Below the pieces are notes generated by a model. The model was not told where the DNA came from and did not search any database. It saw only the letters and a program-made list of their open reading frames with translations. This document shows, piece by piece, positions 60,598 to 70,514 of a DNA stretch of 248,000 bases. The translations under genes and the position numbers were made by a program. The stretch's first letter is position 1, and every line of letters begins with the position of its first letter. The DNA comes from Andalucia godoyi And28. Lineage: Eukaryota > Protista > Jakobida. The stretch is from assembly GCA_009859145.1 (NCBI GenBank), contig VRVR01000021.1, positions 20,001 through 268,000 of the forward strand, read 5' to 3'.

Positions 60598-60713
60598 CTT
60601 TCTTCCGACTTGCTTCCCTACGACGTTCTAAGCGTCCACAGCCCTTTATTTTTCCTTGAAACGTGTCGGCTGCACGCTACCCTATTCTTTTAAATTCTGC
60701 TTACCCTCAAACA

Positions 60714-60721
60714 GCTACTAC

Positions 60722-60785
<64 letters not shown>
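60714..60785. repeat. (TAC)n microsatellite
   Basis: Seen directly. Confidence 0.95.
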
Positions 60786-61122
60786 ACCTGTAGCTGTAAT
60801 CTAGGTAACCTGCAACTCAACGCCCGCACACAAGCACAAGCACAAGCAGACACGGACTGAATGAATGAAGGAATGAATGAAGAAACGACGAAGCAGAAAC
60901 GTGCGGGTTGGGGTCTATTCACCAATACATGCGGGAAAAATCTCCCAAACGTCAATGCATCAATGCGTCAATCGTTCCGCAACGAGATTGATGCATTGAG
61001 TCTGCAAAAATGAGCAGCAGAACCAGCGACGGCGTTCGACATTTGACAATCCGAGTTTCTTACGTAAAGTCGGACTATGTGTCTTGACAGTTTCTTTGTG
61101 ATTAATTAATTCTCGTGACTTT

Positions 61123-61162
<40 letters not shown>

Positions 61163-61244
61163 TTCCCCAGATAGTTTATTCATTGCGACTCACAGATTCA
61201 GAGGGCGATAGTGGAGACTGCACGCAGAGGGAAACGAGCTGGAA

Positions 61245-62714
61245 TTGTGTGTGTGTGTGTGTGTGTGGAGGATGCAGTCGTTGGTCGATGGAGGGTCGCC
61301 GCTTGCGGGTTCGATTGGATCATCTGTAGAGCTTGCGACTGTGTGGTGCTCGCATTCTTCGAACCAGTCGAGCTCGAATGCACTGACGAGTTCGTCGAGC
61401 TCTCCGGAGCAAGAGGAGGAGCTTCGAATCGAGTCTGCAATGGAAGACGAGATCGTGTGTGATGTTGGCATGCGCATTGGTGTTGGGCTGGCAAATGATC
61501 GAGATGTTCTGGCTGGATTCAAACCTTTTCGGTACCGCGTCGCATGCATTGCGTGCCGGTCTTCGAAACGGAAGTGCGATGGTCTGCTTCCTTGCGCGCG
61601 GTGCGTCGCCAAAGGAGTTTCGCATTGCTGTGCATATGAACAGCACCACGAAAAGAAGCAGAAGGCGCAGTCGGAATTGGAGCAGACAAGGACAGGAGAG
61701 GATACTAGTGCTGTCTATGTTCAACGCAAGAAACGGACAATCCGTACGCATAGTGGAGAAGAATACCCAGAAGGTGCATTTATGGGTGCGTTGCATACAA
61801 GAAATATCAGTCAGATGAATCCCGTTCTCCACGGTGCTCACATACTGCATTCGTTGACTGGGAACCGGAACGCCAGCGCGAATTTGAGCTCCATCGCTCC
61901 AAATAGTGATCAGTTTTCGGCAGCGTGCAGCTGTCTGTCTGTGCTGCACATGCTTGCAGGGGCAGAGCCATCGAGCCAGATGCAGTACCAACGAGACGAG
62001 CGGTCCTTCTCGTCGATGGCAATTGCAATTGGACAGCAGGCTGCTGCTCCAGACTATGGAAGCATTTTGCCGGTTCAAGACCCGCGATACTGCCCACCCG
62101 TCGCAAGTGACTTGGTTCTCTGGCAAAAGATTCAAGATACCCTGGACAACTGCTCGTCGCTGTTTCGAAAATCCCCGTATTGGGAGTTCATCAACCGATG
62201 TCGACACCTTGTGACGGATGACCTGCTCGAGGTGCGTGAGCTGTTCCGACAGCACATTGATCCGCATCCTGCGGTTATCGAATACGTCCAGCAGCCTCCC
62301 GAGAAAATTGCCGAGCATGATTGGTTTTTCAGAACGCAACTGCAGCGATCGATGGCAATCGTGGATCAGTTCCCTTTTCCTTGTTTGCTCTTTGGAAATA
62401 AGAGCTTGGTTGTTCACGCCAATTCCCATTTCCTCTCGGTCTCAAAGTGGACGATGGAGGAAATGCTGTCGGAAGGATTCCTGGCGAGCTGGACCCTGGA
62501 AGACGACTGTCTTCCCTTCGTGTTGAAGCAAACCTCGAGAGCCTTTATTTCCGTTGCTGGTTACGAATTCGCCTTTGCCATCCCGCATGTGCGCATCCGT
62601 AGAAAGGACGGTAAACGCGTCGAGTACTGTGCGTCGCTTGCGAAGGTGTTCGACACGAACCACCTCAGCATTCTCAATATCGGCATGTTCCTACCAATGC
62701 AATCGCAGGCGTAA
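61245..62714 (+). CDS. Zn(II)2Cys6 transcription factor with C-terminal PAS-like domain
   Basis: ACIACRSSKRKCDGLLPCARCVAKGVSHCC; HANSHFLSVSKWTMEEML PAS-like segment. Confidence 0.85.
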   Translation: MCVCVCVWRMQSLVDGGSPLAGSIGSSVELATVWCSHSSNQSSSNALTSSSSSPEQEEELRIESAMEDEIVCDVGMRIGVGLANDRDVLAGFKPFRYRVACIACRSSKRKCDGLLPCARCVAKGVSHCCAYEQHHEKKQKAQSELEQTRTGEDTSAVYVQRKKRTIRTHSGEEYPEGAFMGALHTRNISQMNPVLHGAHILHSLTGNRNASANLSSIAPNSDQFSAACSCLSVLHMLAGAEPSSQMQYQRDERSFSSMAIAIGQQAAAPDYGSILPVQDPRYCPPVASDLVLWQKIQDTLDNCSSLFRKSPYWEFINRCRHLVTDDLLEVRELFRQHIDPHPAVIEYVQQPPEKIAEHDWFFRTQLQRSMAIVDQFPFPCLLFGNKSLVVHANSHFLSVSKWTMEEMLSEGFLASWTLEDDCLPFVLKQTSRAFISVAGYEFAFAIPHVRIRRKDGKRVEYCASLAKVFDTNHLSILNIGMFLPMQSQA

Positions 62715-63009
62715 CAGACTGTGCGGCTCCATTGCACGGTACCCGCGTTTCTTCTGGAATCTCGGAATTTGAATTGCACAGAGGCAGCCAATGAGCTATC
62801 ATCCTTTGCTTCCCTCCTCCATTCTCTGTCCTTCCTGGAGACCCGCGACTCGGTGTCATTCGACTCGTTTTGACAAGCTCGAAATGCACAACCGACATCG
62901 CAGCAAACGACTTTCACATTTGGACCTTTGAATGCTCCGATGACGATCTACCTGGACATTTTGTCGACTTTTTCTGCTGCGATGCTTCTGCTTTTTTGTT
63001 GATGGTGAC

Positions 63010-63330
63010 CGCTCGCCAAAACATGAATCATTATCGATCATCATCAGCTAAACTGTCACCGAAGACAGATCCAAGCCACATGTTTTTTTGCTTTCATTTG
63101 GGGGCGAGCACCAGCTCTTCAATGCAGATTGCTGCGCATCAAAGGGTCATCGCTTCTTCTTGCAGCTCTCCGCCTCCGACGATAGGAGATCACCGGGTGT
63201 CTTGGTTCTCGGTGTCTTCAAGCATGGCTGGCGTGGGTTTGTTGGGAAGATTCCCTCTTTGAAGCCATGAGATGCTTTGGGTTCCGATAAACAAACTTCT
63301 AGTATGATATTGTTTGATGTTCATACACAC
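63010..63330 (+). repeat. Dispersed repeat family D, copy
   Basis: cgctcgccaaaacatgaatcattatcgatcatcatc.gctaa.ctgtcaccgaagacagatccaagccacatg; matches 112396 onward. Confidence 0.85.
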
Positions 63331-63508
63331 TGTTGGAAGACATATTAATTTTTAAAATATAAAAAAGAACCAAATGAGATGCAAAATTCGGAATCCCGTG
63401 GGGAAAAATGCATCTCGAAGCGAGCGCGGTTAAAGCCAAGACATTTTGACATCTCTTCCATGACGCTCAGAAGATGATGGGGCTTCCTCTGGAAAGATCG
63501 AGTAAATC

Positions 63509-63991
63509 GTGGACGCCTCTACTCCGTTGAATCCATTCGAAAGTACCTCGCAGGCCGCTCCGTCACCACTGCCACGGGAAAAAAGAATGCAAAGAGAAGA
63601 CGATCTGTTGCGCGAGAGTTCTCCAGCGATCATCAACGGCCCGATCTCGAAACGACAAGTCCAAGACCCTTCAAACGACAGTATCGCGTTCGGGATCAGC
63701 TTCAACCGCCCCGGTCTTAAAGACGATGGCGGAGCGGAAACGTCGAAGAAGCTGTGGTTGTCCACAAAGACTGTGTCGCTCGATTCGGATTGGAGCTCCT
63801 TAGCTGGATTTTTCCAAGCGTTTGCTGTTCGACTCGCGATCATTCACACGGACACGACGAGCAATCTTAACCGGATACGACGTTTTCGCCAGCATCTGAT
63901 AACCAAAGCTGCTGAATACGAAGATGCTGTAGTCCACGACGAAGAAACTGGAGAGTACAAAAAACACTGTGGAGTTCGAAATGGATCGTGA
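63509..63991 (+). CDS. Possible small hypothetical protein
   Basis: 160-aa ORF only. Confidence 0.3.
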   Translation: MDASTPLNPFESTSQAAPSPLPREKRMQREDDLLRESSPAIINGPISKRQVQDPSNDSIAFGISFNRPGLKDDGGAETSKKLWLSTKTVSLDSDWSSLAGFFQAFAVRLAIIHTDTTSNLNRIRRFRQHLITKAAEYEDAVVHDEETGEYKKHCGVRNGS

Positions 63992-64451
63992 TTGGCTTTG
64001 GTTCTTGAAATATATATGTTTTGAAGCAAAATTCAATCGTATTGATTAAGCGAAGTGCGCAATGGCTGCCTCGGCGCTTCTCCCTTTAGGGAGTTGTAAG
64101 CATAAATCTCATGAAAGCGAGGCGAGTGTTGTTGCCAGTACTGATCAATATTGATTAGTAGTATTGGAACGAGGCGACGTGACCATAGTCCACCTAAAAA
64201 AAAGTCTCTTGTCGGAAGATTCTTGCTGCTGACGATCCCGAGCCGCAAAAACCCGCGACGTTGCCGTATGCAGAACAAGTATTTGTTCCGTTCTCCCGCA
64301 CATTCAGCTTTCTTCTCTTTCTTTCCTTCCTTTCAGCGTTTTCTTTCAAGTATTATTGTTTTATACATATATTGTAGGAACTTACTTTTCAGGTCGATCT
64401 ACTTCTGCGCTTTCGTTTTCCATTCTGGGGCGCCGGCTGTCCAAGAGGCCT

Positions 64452-64460
64452 TGTAGTGCA

Positions 64461-64546
<86 letters not shown>
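64452..64546. repeat. (GT)n microsatellite
   Basis: Seen directly; lies in the 5' flank of the next gene. Confidence 0.95.
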
Positions 64547-64549
<3 letters not shown>

Positions 64550-64627
64550 TGGTGGTGGTTTTGGAGTCCGGTTTTCTTTTCTTTTCTTTTCTTTTTTCGG
64601 AATCCGTATGTTTTAGAGTTGGTAAAC

Positions 64628-66106
64628 ATGAGTCTGAGCCAGTCGCCGGGAGAATGTTCGTTACCGCTGTCGCATCTATCGCTGGAGAACCTGTTTGCTG
64701 ATGTGGAAGAAGTCATTACGCCTCTTGAACTTCGCAGGTTTCGACCTGCTCCATTTCCCGTTCAAGAAGCGTCTGCAGAGAATTTGGAGTCGTCTCCGGG
64801 AGATTCTGATTTTCCTTTTGCGGCCCCTTCTGCAAGTGCATCGCCGCCCTTGGACACGTCTGTGCAGCAGCGGCAGCAGTCGTTGACAACGACGTCCGCT
64901 CAACTTGGTCAGGATGCGGGCTCTCCGGATGAGAACAGCATTGGCATGTTCCACAGGTTTCGAGCTTCTGTTGCTTGCACCAACTGCAGGCTTGCCAAGC
65001 GCAAGTGCGATGGATTGCTGCCGTGTTCGCGGTGTGTGGATAGGCAGTTGGGGGATCTGTGCCGATATGACGCGGATACCTTGGAAACGGTAAATCGATT
65101 TAGCAAGCGTCCTAAAAAGCCGTTGAAGTCGAGCACCATGACTTCTGCAGCGCCGGGTCGTCTCCCTGCCGCTCAGGAGATATCAAGCAGGCAAGTTAGA
65201 GGAGATTCGGTCTTTGTTCGAGAAATCCCCGTGCATGACCCAGTGCTTCAAGGGATCCAAATCTATCAGTCCTTGCCTGTGGCAGAATCTGGCAGCCCGG
65301 TTCTCCGAGGGGTGTCTGCAGACGGAATGTTGGCAATTTGCAGCTGCCTGTCTGCTGTGGATACGCTGGCAGGTGCAGATCCCTCTGGCGCGATTCCGTA
65401 TCGCAAGTCCGTGGATGGGTTCATGTCCATTGTGCGTGGCCTCTCTGCTCATGTCAAGTTGCCAAATGATGCCTTGAGCCCCTTCCCAGCTGATCAAGAG
65501 TTTCAGCGATCGCTGCATGCTCTTCTGGATCGTTCGTCGGATACCTTCAAGATGTCTCCGTACTATGAGTTCATGCAGCGCTGTCCGCATCTTGTCACTC
65601 CAGATTTTGTCGGGGTATTCGATTTCTTTTCAAAGTATGTAGATCCGCATAAGGACATCCTGAATCATTTGAATACTCCGCCATCCCAGGTGGCGCAGCG
65701 CGATTGGTTTTTCAGTGCACAGTTTGACAGAGCTCGTCAGTTTGTCGATCGGTTCCCTTATCCATGCATGCTCTCAGGGCATCGCAATTCGATCATTCAC
65801 GTGAACGCTCCGTTTCTTGCGGTGTCGATGTGGACTAGGGAACAATTACTGTCCAAGAATCTTTTAGCCTCATGGCTGGTTGACGATGAGTGCATGCCTT
65901 CCATTCTCAAAGTTTCCCAGAAAGCGCTGTTGTCGCTGGACGGCTATGAAATCGCGTATTCTATCCCGAATGTCCGTCTTCGCAGAAGAGATGGCAAGCA
66001 AGTCACATACTGTGCAGCGGTTGCGAAAATTTTTGATTCTCGCAATTTGAACTTGTTGTACATGGATATGTTCATTCCCATGGACGCTGTACAGGGGAAT
66101 GCGTAG
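64628..66106 (+). CDS. Zn(II)2Cys6-PAS transcription factor, paralogue of 61245
   Basis: ACTNCRLAKRKCDGLLPCSRCVDRQLGDLCRY; C-terminal half aligns with the 61245 protein. Confidence 0.87.
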   Translation: MSLSQSPGECSLPLSHLSLENLFADVEEVITPLELRRFRPAPFPVQEASAENLESSPGDSDFPFAAPSASASPPLDTSVQQRQQSLTTTSAQLGQDAGSPDENSIGMFHRFRASVACTNCRLAKRKCDGLLPCSRCVDRQLGDLCRYDADTLETVNRFSKRPKKPLKSSTMTSAAPGRLPAAQEISSRQVRGDSVFVREIPVHDPVLQGIQIYQSLPVAESGSPVLRGVSADGMLAICSCLSAVDTLAGADPSGAIPYRKSVDGFMSIVRGLSAHVKLPNDALSPFPADQEFQRSLHALLDRSSDTFKMSPYYEFMQRCPHLVTPDFVGVFDFFSKYVDPHKDILNHLNTPPSQVAQRDWFFSAQFDRARQFVDRFPYPCMLSGHRNSIIHVNAPFLAVSMWTREQLLSKNLLASWLVDDECMPSILKVSQKALLSLDGYEIAYSIPNVRLRRRDGKQVTYCAAVAKIFDSRNLNLLYMDMFIPMDAVQGNA

Positions 66107-66305
66107 AAATGGGAGGAAGCATTGCCAGGCTAAGTCCTGAGTTCTTGCCACAATACAAGCCACCCCCATCGTGTAAATATTTGATACTGAAGCGCAAACA
66201 TTTCATTTACTCTCTCGCATCTCGGCACAGTTCCTGTTCCAAACAGTATGCCAAAGAAACATCTCATCCAGAAAGAAGAAAGAAGCTGCGGAGCTCGGAT
66301 TGGAT

Positions 66306-67382
66306 TCAAACGCTGTCCTTCTGCACAAACTTGTTGAGCTTCTCAAACTGCTGCGTCCATCCAGCCGTGCACACCGTGCGAAACTCGTCGGACACTGAAC
66401 CAGTGGTTGTCCGCAGCGTCATCTTGGTCTTCTTGCCCTCCTCAACAGGCTCAAACGTCACCGTCACAAGAGACTCTTCGGGGAATCCTTCTGGAATGCC
66501 ATACTTTTGGGGAGAAACACGATTACCGGCTTCGTCAGTGAAGTAGGACGTCGAGACGATCTTCTGGTTGGGCACAATCTCCCGATACATCCCGCCGCAC
66601 CAGTTGCGGTATCCTGCATAGCACCCGGCATCCGGCAGGCCCTCCATGCACAAATGGGTTACCCCGCCGACTCTGAAATCCATGTTGCACAAAGGGACAT
66701 GGAACGCATCCGGTCCCCACCATTGCTTGACTTGCTCGGCAGATGACCATGCCTGGAACACACTTGAAGGCGGCGCATCGACCGTGCGCTCAATAACGAG
66801 CTCACGTCCCTGTCCAAAAGGCAGCGGTTCCGAACTGTCGCCTGCAGCGCCATTCTTCTTGTCAAAGAACGCCACAAGCTTGTCCAGCATCTTTTCCGAG
66901 CATTCCTTGCATTGCACGTAGTATCCCTTGGGAACGGTGCCGACCTTGTGAACGTGATGCACGAGGGTTTTGGCCGATCCATCGCCAACAGGAGTGAAGG
67001 TGATCGTAACCAATGCTTCCGGCGCAATCGTTTCAGGGAGCCCATATGTGGAAAACGGAACCGTGTTTCCCTTCTCGTCTGCGAACGCATCGATGTAAGC
67101 CACAGTCTTTCCCGGCACAAGCTCGGTGTACGTGCCTTTTCCATAGCACTCGAAGGCCGGTGGGCCTGTGCACTTCATGTGATAGAAGAACCGCCCACCC
67201 GGAACGCGAGCATCGAAAGCCAGAAAGTTCAAGGTTGACGTCTCAAACAAGAACCACTGCACAAATGTGTCCTTCTTGGTGTACGCGTCGTACACCTCGA
67301 GTGGAGTCGCGTTCACCGTGCGGTCCACAACGATGTCTTCGGTAGACAGCGCGTCCTGATCAGCACTACTTCCACACTGCAT
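66306..67382 (-). CDS. Tandem SRPBCC/AHSA1 (YndB-like) domain protein, bacterial type
   Basis: Two repeats (ERTVDAPPSSVFQAWSSAEQVKQWWGP, DFRVGG, EALVTITF/ESLVTVTF, GWTQQFEKL). Confidence 0.85.
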   Translation of the reverse strand: MQCGSSADQDALSTEDIVVDRTVNATPLEVYDAYTKKDTFVQWFLFETSTLNFLAFDARVPGGRFFYHMKCTGPPAFECYGKGTYTELVPGKTVAYIDAFADEKGNTVPFSTYGLPETIAPEALVTITFTPVGDGSAKTLVHHVHKVGTVPKGYYVQCKECSEKMLDKLVAFFDKKNGAAGDSSEPLPFGQGRELVIERTVDAPPSSVFQAWSSAEQVKQWWGPDAFHVPLCNMDFRVGGVTHLCMEGLPDAGCYAGYRNWCGGMYREIVPNQKIVSTSYFTDEAGNRVSPQKYGIPEGFPEESLVTVTFEPVEEGKKTKMTLRTTTGSVSDEFRTVCTAGWTQQFEKLNKFVQKDSV

Positions 67383-67918
67383 TGCAATTTTTTTTACTAC
67401 GATAACTCCTCAGATTCTGTCGAGCAAAAAGAATGAAGGGAGCGGAGAAAAGAAGAAGAAGAAGAAGAAACGAAAGAAAGCAAAGCAAAAAGGTACATAC
67501 GTGTTGCAGCTTTTGTTTCCACTGTCTGAAACTTTCTGCTGTGCTTGCCGCAACATGTCGTTTTTATCTTCTGCACACACACACTCACATGCGCATTTTG
67601 TCGTCGAGTGGATTTCTATTCTGCACAGATGCGTGACGTGTCGGGGAATTCGCGATCCCAAAAATGGGATTTCCGCTCCGCCTGCCCGATATGCTGCTGC
67701 CTTCCACTTCCCCGAATCTTTTAGAGTCGTTTAATCTGTTGTAGCTGGCGAGTCACAATGGAGGAAATTGAGAACGCCCAACATGCAGATAGGCCGTACG
67801 CAGCATTCAATCGTTATCTCGTTGCCCCAGGCCGAAGAACCCGCCCCCCAAGCAGTCCCCGCCTGTTTTTTTGTTTTCTGTCCTCATTCTTAGTGTGCTT
67901 GTTTTGCGTGTTTGCATG

Positions 67919-67964
<46 letters not shown>

Positions 67965-68044
67965 TTGTTTTTGGTTTATTTTTTATTTTAAATTAGTAAT
68001 ACTAACAAAGAAGGAGTAGTAGTAGTAGCGGCAGTACGTATTAA

Positions 68045-68584
68045 GTGATGTCATCGTCTTCCAGCACGCGAGTCGCCAAGAACGACTTTTCGTATACGCC
68101 GCGGTCTCGCATTCGAGCAAAGAAGCCCAAGTTTGAGCTTTCGGAGGAGCAGAAGCAAGAGATTCGCGAGGCGTTTGATCTGTTTGATACTGAAAAGACG
68201 GGGCGCATTGATGCGCATGAGATGAAAGTGGCGATGCGAGCTCTCGGATTTGATGTCAAGAAGGAGCAAGTGCTGAAGCTTATGGAGGAGTTTGACCGCG
68301 ATGGGACTGGGTCGATTGAGTTTTCGGACTTCCTGGAAATCATGACTGAGAAAATAGCACAGCGGGATCCGAACGAAGAGGTGCTGAAGGCTTTCCGCCT
68401 CTTTGACGACGACGGCACGGGGCGCATTTCGCTCAAGAACCTTCGTCGAGTCGCGAGAGAACTCGGGGAAAACATGACCGATGAAGAGCTCCAGGCGATG
68501 ATCGACGAGTTTGACAAGGATGGCGACGGCGAGATCTCTGCAGACGAGTTCCACGCAATCATGACTTCTTCCGACGACTTTTAA
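68045..68584 (+). CDS. CETN: Centrin
   Basis: [43 protein letters not shown]. Confidence 0.95.
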   Translation: MMSSSSSTRVAKNDFSYTPRSRIRAKKPKFELSEEQKQEIREAFDLFDTEKTGRIDAHEMKVAMRALGFDVKKEQVLKLMEEFDRDGTGSIEFSDFLEIMTEKIAQRDPNEEVLKAFRLFDDDGTGRISLKNLRRVARELGENMTDEELQAMIDEFDKDGDGEISADEFHAIMTSSDDF

Positions 68585-68952
68585 AGCCGGGGAGAAGACG
68601 ACTGACAAGCAGATAGCAGTTGTTATGCAACGACGACAGAAGGAGGGGCGAATAAGAAAAATGTAGTTGTGGAGGTTTTGAGTCGTGGAAAGCATAAAAC
68701 TTGTGAATTCATATGAAATGCAGCCTCTGCGTGGCGTCCATTGATTCCAGATTCCAAATGTCGGAACAACACACACACACACACACACACACACAGAAGG
68801 TCCAAGGACAAGGAGGTGCGTGGCGAACTTGAGGTGGGTCTCTACTTTCCAGATGCCTTCCTTCTGGAGTTGTTTTCGGAAACTTGGCTTTTTTCCACAA
68901 GAACACCAGGAACAATTTTATTCAAACAAGCAGAATTGAAAGTAAGTCTCGG

Positions 68953-69942
68953 ATGCAAAGGCTGGTCAACAGATCCATCGTCCGAGTTCGTGGCGCAGAT
69001 CGGATGAGATTTCTGCAGTCACTGCTGACGCAGGATGTGATGCCGCTGGACTCGGAACCTTTGAAACCAGTTGCTTCATGCTTTCTTTCTGCCAAGGGCC
69101 GTGTGCTCTGCGACATGCTTTTGTTCAACTCGTCGTCCATCGCGAGTAACCTTTCTTCGCTTCCTGCGTTTTCGGCTGCCAAGCCAACTCTCGACGACGT
69201 TGGCGATGCAGTTCTCATCGACCATGATGCTGCGATTTCTGACCGTCTCGTTCGGGCGCTTTCAATGTACAGGCTGAAGTCACAGGTGCAAATTGATGTT
69301 CTTCCGTCCACGAAGTACGGTGTTTTTGCCCTGTTCGATCGAAACGACCATGCAGATAATGATGCAATGGGAAACGACCCGCGGCTGCGTCGGCTTGGTT
69401 CGAGGTACATTGCACCTACTAGCTGCGTCGCCATAGAAGCCCGAGAAAACAGCTATGATCAACACAGACTGGGACTGGGTGTTCCGGAGGGCTTTGCAGA
69501 TCTGCAGTGGGACGTGCATACTCCGCTGGAAGCAAACATGGATTTGCTCCACGCTGTTTCGTTCAACAAGGGATGCTACATCGGCCAGGAGCTTACGGCC
69601 AGGACTCATTATACGGGCGTCATCCGAAAGAGACTGTTTTCCATACAGATCGATCCACAGAGCCTCGGCTTCATTGGGAATCAAGGCCTGGAGCCAACAA
69701 CGATGGTCGGAGCGGATGTTGTGAGGATCTCGGATGACAAAAAGATAGGCTCGTTAAGGTCTTTGTACGGGCATCGGGGTATGGCGCTGCTGCGGATCGA
69801 GCCTGTTCTGACAGATCCTGTCCCTGCAGCTTTCGGCATCCGGATCCCCAGAGACAGCCGTCCAGCAATTACCATCCCTATCCACCGGGTCATTTGGCCC
69901 GACTGGATCCCCAAGCCAGACCTGTCGTCCTTGGAGTCGTAA
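68953..69942 (+). CDS. IBA57: IBA57/YgfZ Fe-S assembly factor
   Basis: GADRMRFLQSLLTQD and KGCYIGQELTART motifs. Confidence 0.95.
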   Translation: MQRLVNRSIVRVRGADRMRFLQSLLTQDVMPLDSEPLKPVASCFLSAKGRVLCDMLLFNSSSIASNLSSLPAFSAAKPTLDDVGDAVLIDHDAAISDRLVRALSMYRLKSQVQIDVLPSTKYGVFALFDRNDHADNDAMGNDPRLRRLGSRYIAPTSCVAIEARENSYDQHRLGLGVPEGFADLQWDVHTPLEANMDLLHAVSFNKGCYIGQELTARTHYTGVIRKRLFSIQIDPQSLGFIGNQGLEPTTMVGADVVRISDDKKIGSLRSLYGHRGMALLRIEPVLTDPVPAAFGIRIPRDSRPAITIPIHRVIWPDWIPKPDLSSLES

Positions 69943-70362
69943 GCTGTACATATCTCTGCATCTCTTCATCTATTCATTTGTTTTATTTTTTCTACTTTTC
70001 CCTTCCGTCCCTATCCCGGTTCGTACTCTATCAATATATCCTCTTTTCATCACTGCTCCACCGCGTTTCCCTTCCCAGTCCTAAAAAGGTCAGTTACGCA
70101 CTGGAAGAATTCCTGTCGTCCCTACTGCTGCAGCATGCACCATCCAACGTCTAATCTACAGCAGGAAACTGCGGAGTCGGGGGGAGTGTTTCGGAATTCC
70201 TTCGTTTCGCCTGTGTTCGTTCTTCGTCCGACACGTTTTCCTTTCGTTTCCTCTTTCCTTTCTTCTTTTTCTTGGTGTGTTTTACTTTCCTTTGTGCTTT
70301 GTTCCCCTTCACCTTTTTGCTTCTCCTCTCCTCCTGCTTCTTCTTCTTCTTTTCTCTCTCTT

Positions 70363-70403
<41 letters not shown>

Positions 70404-70514
70404 CTCTCCGTTATCTTCTGTTTTGCATCTGTTTTTGTTTTTCGTGTGTGTGAATAAGGGGGGGTTTTCCGGTGGGTTTCCGACTTCAGACAGAGGACTT
70501 TTTACGTGCATTGA

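Noticed and set aside
63430-64029. Two minus-strand ORFs separated by a single in-frame TGA (63844-63846), suggesting selenocysteine or readthrough
   Set aside because: They are antisense to a 160-aa plus-strand ORF, have no redox motif around the TGA, and I recognised no SECIS.
64356-64716. ORFs with CVCV, HTHT, ERER, SLSL, poly-Y or poly-I runs here and elsewhere
   Set aside because: These are translations of microsatellites in UTR or intergenic DNA.
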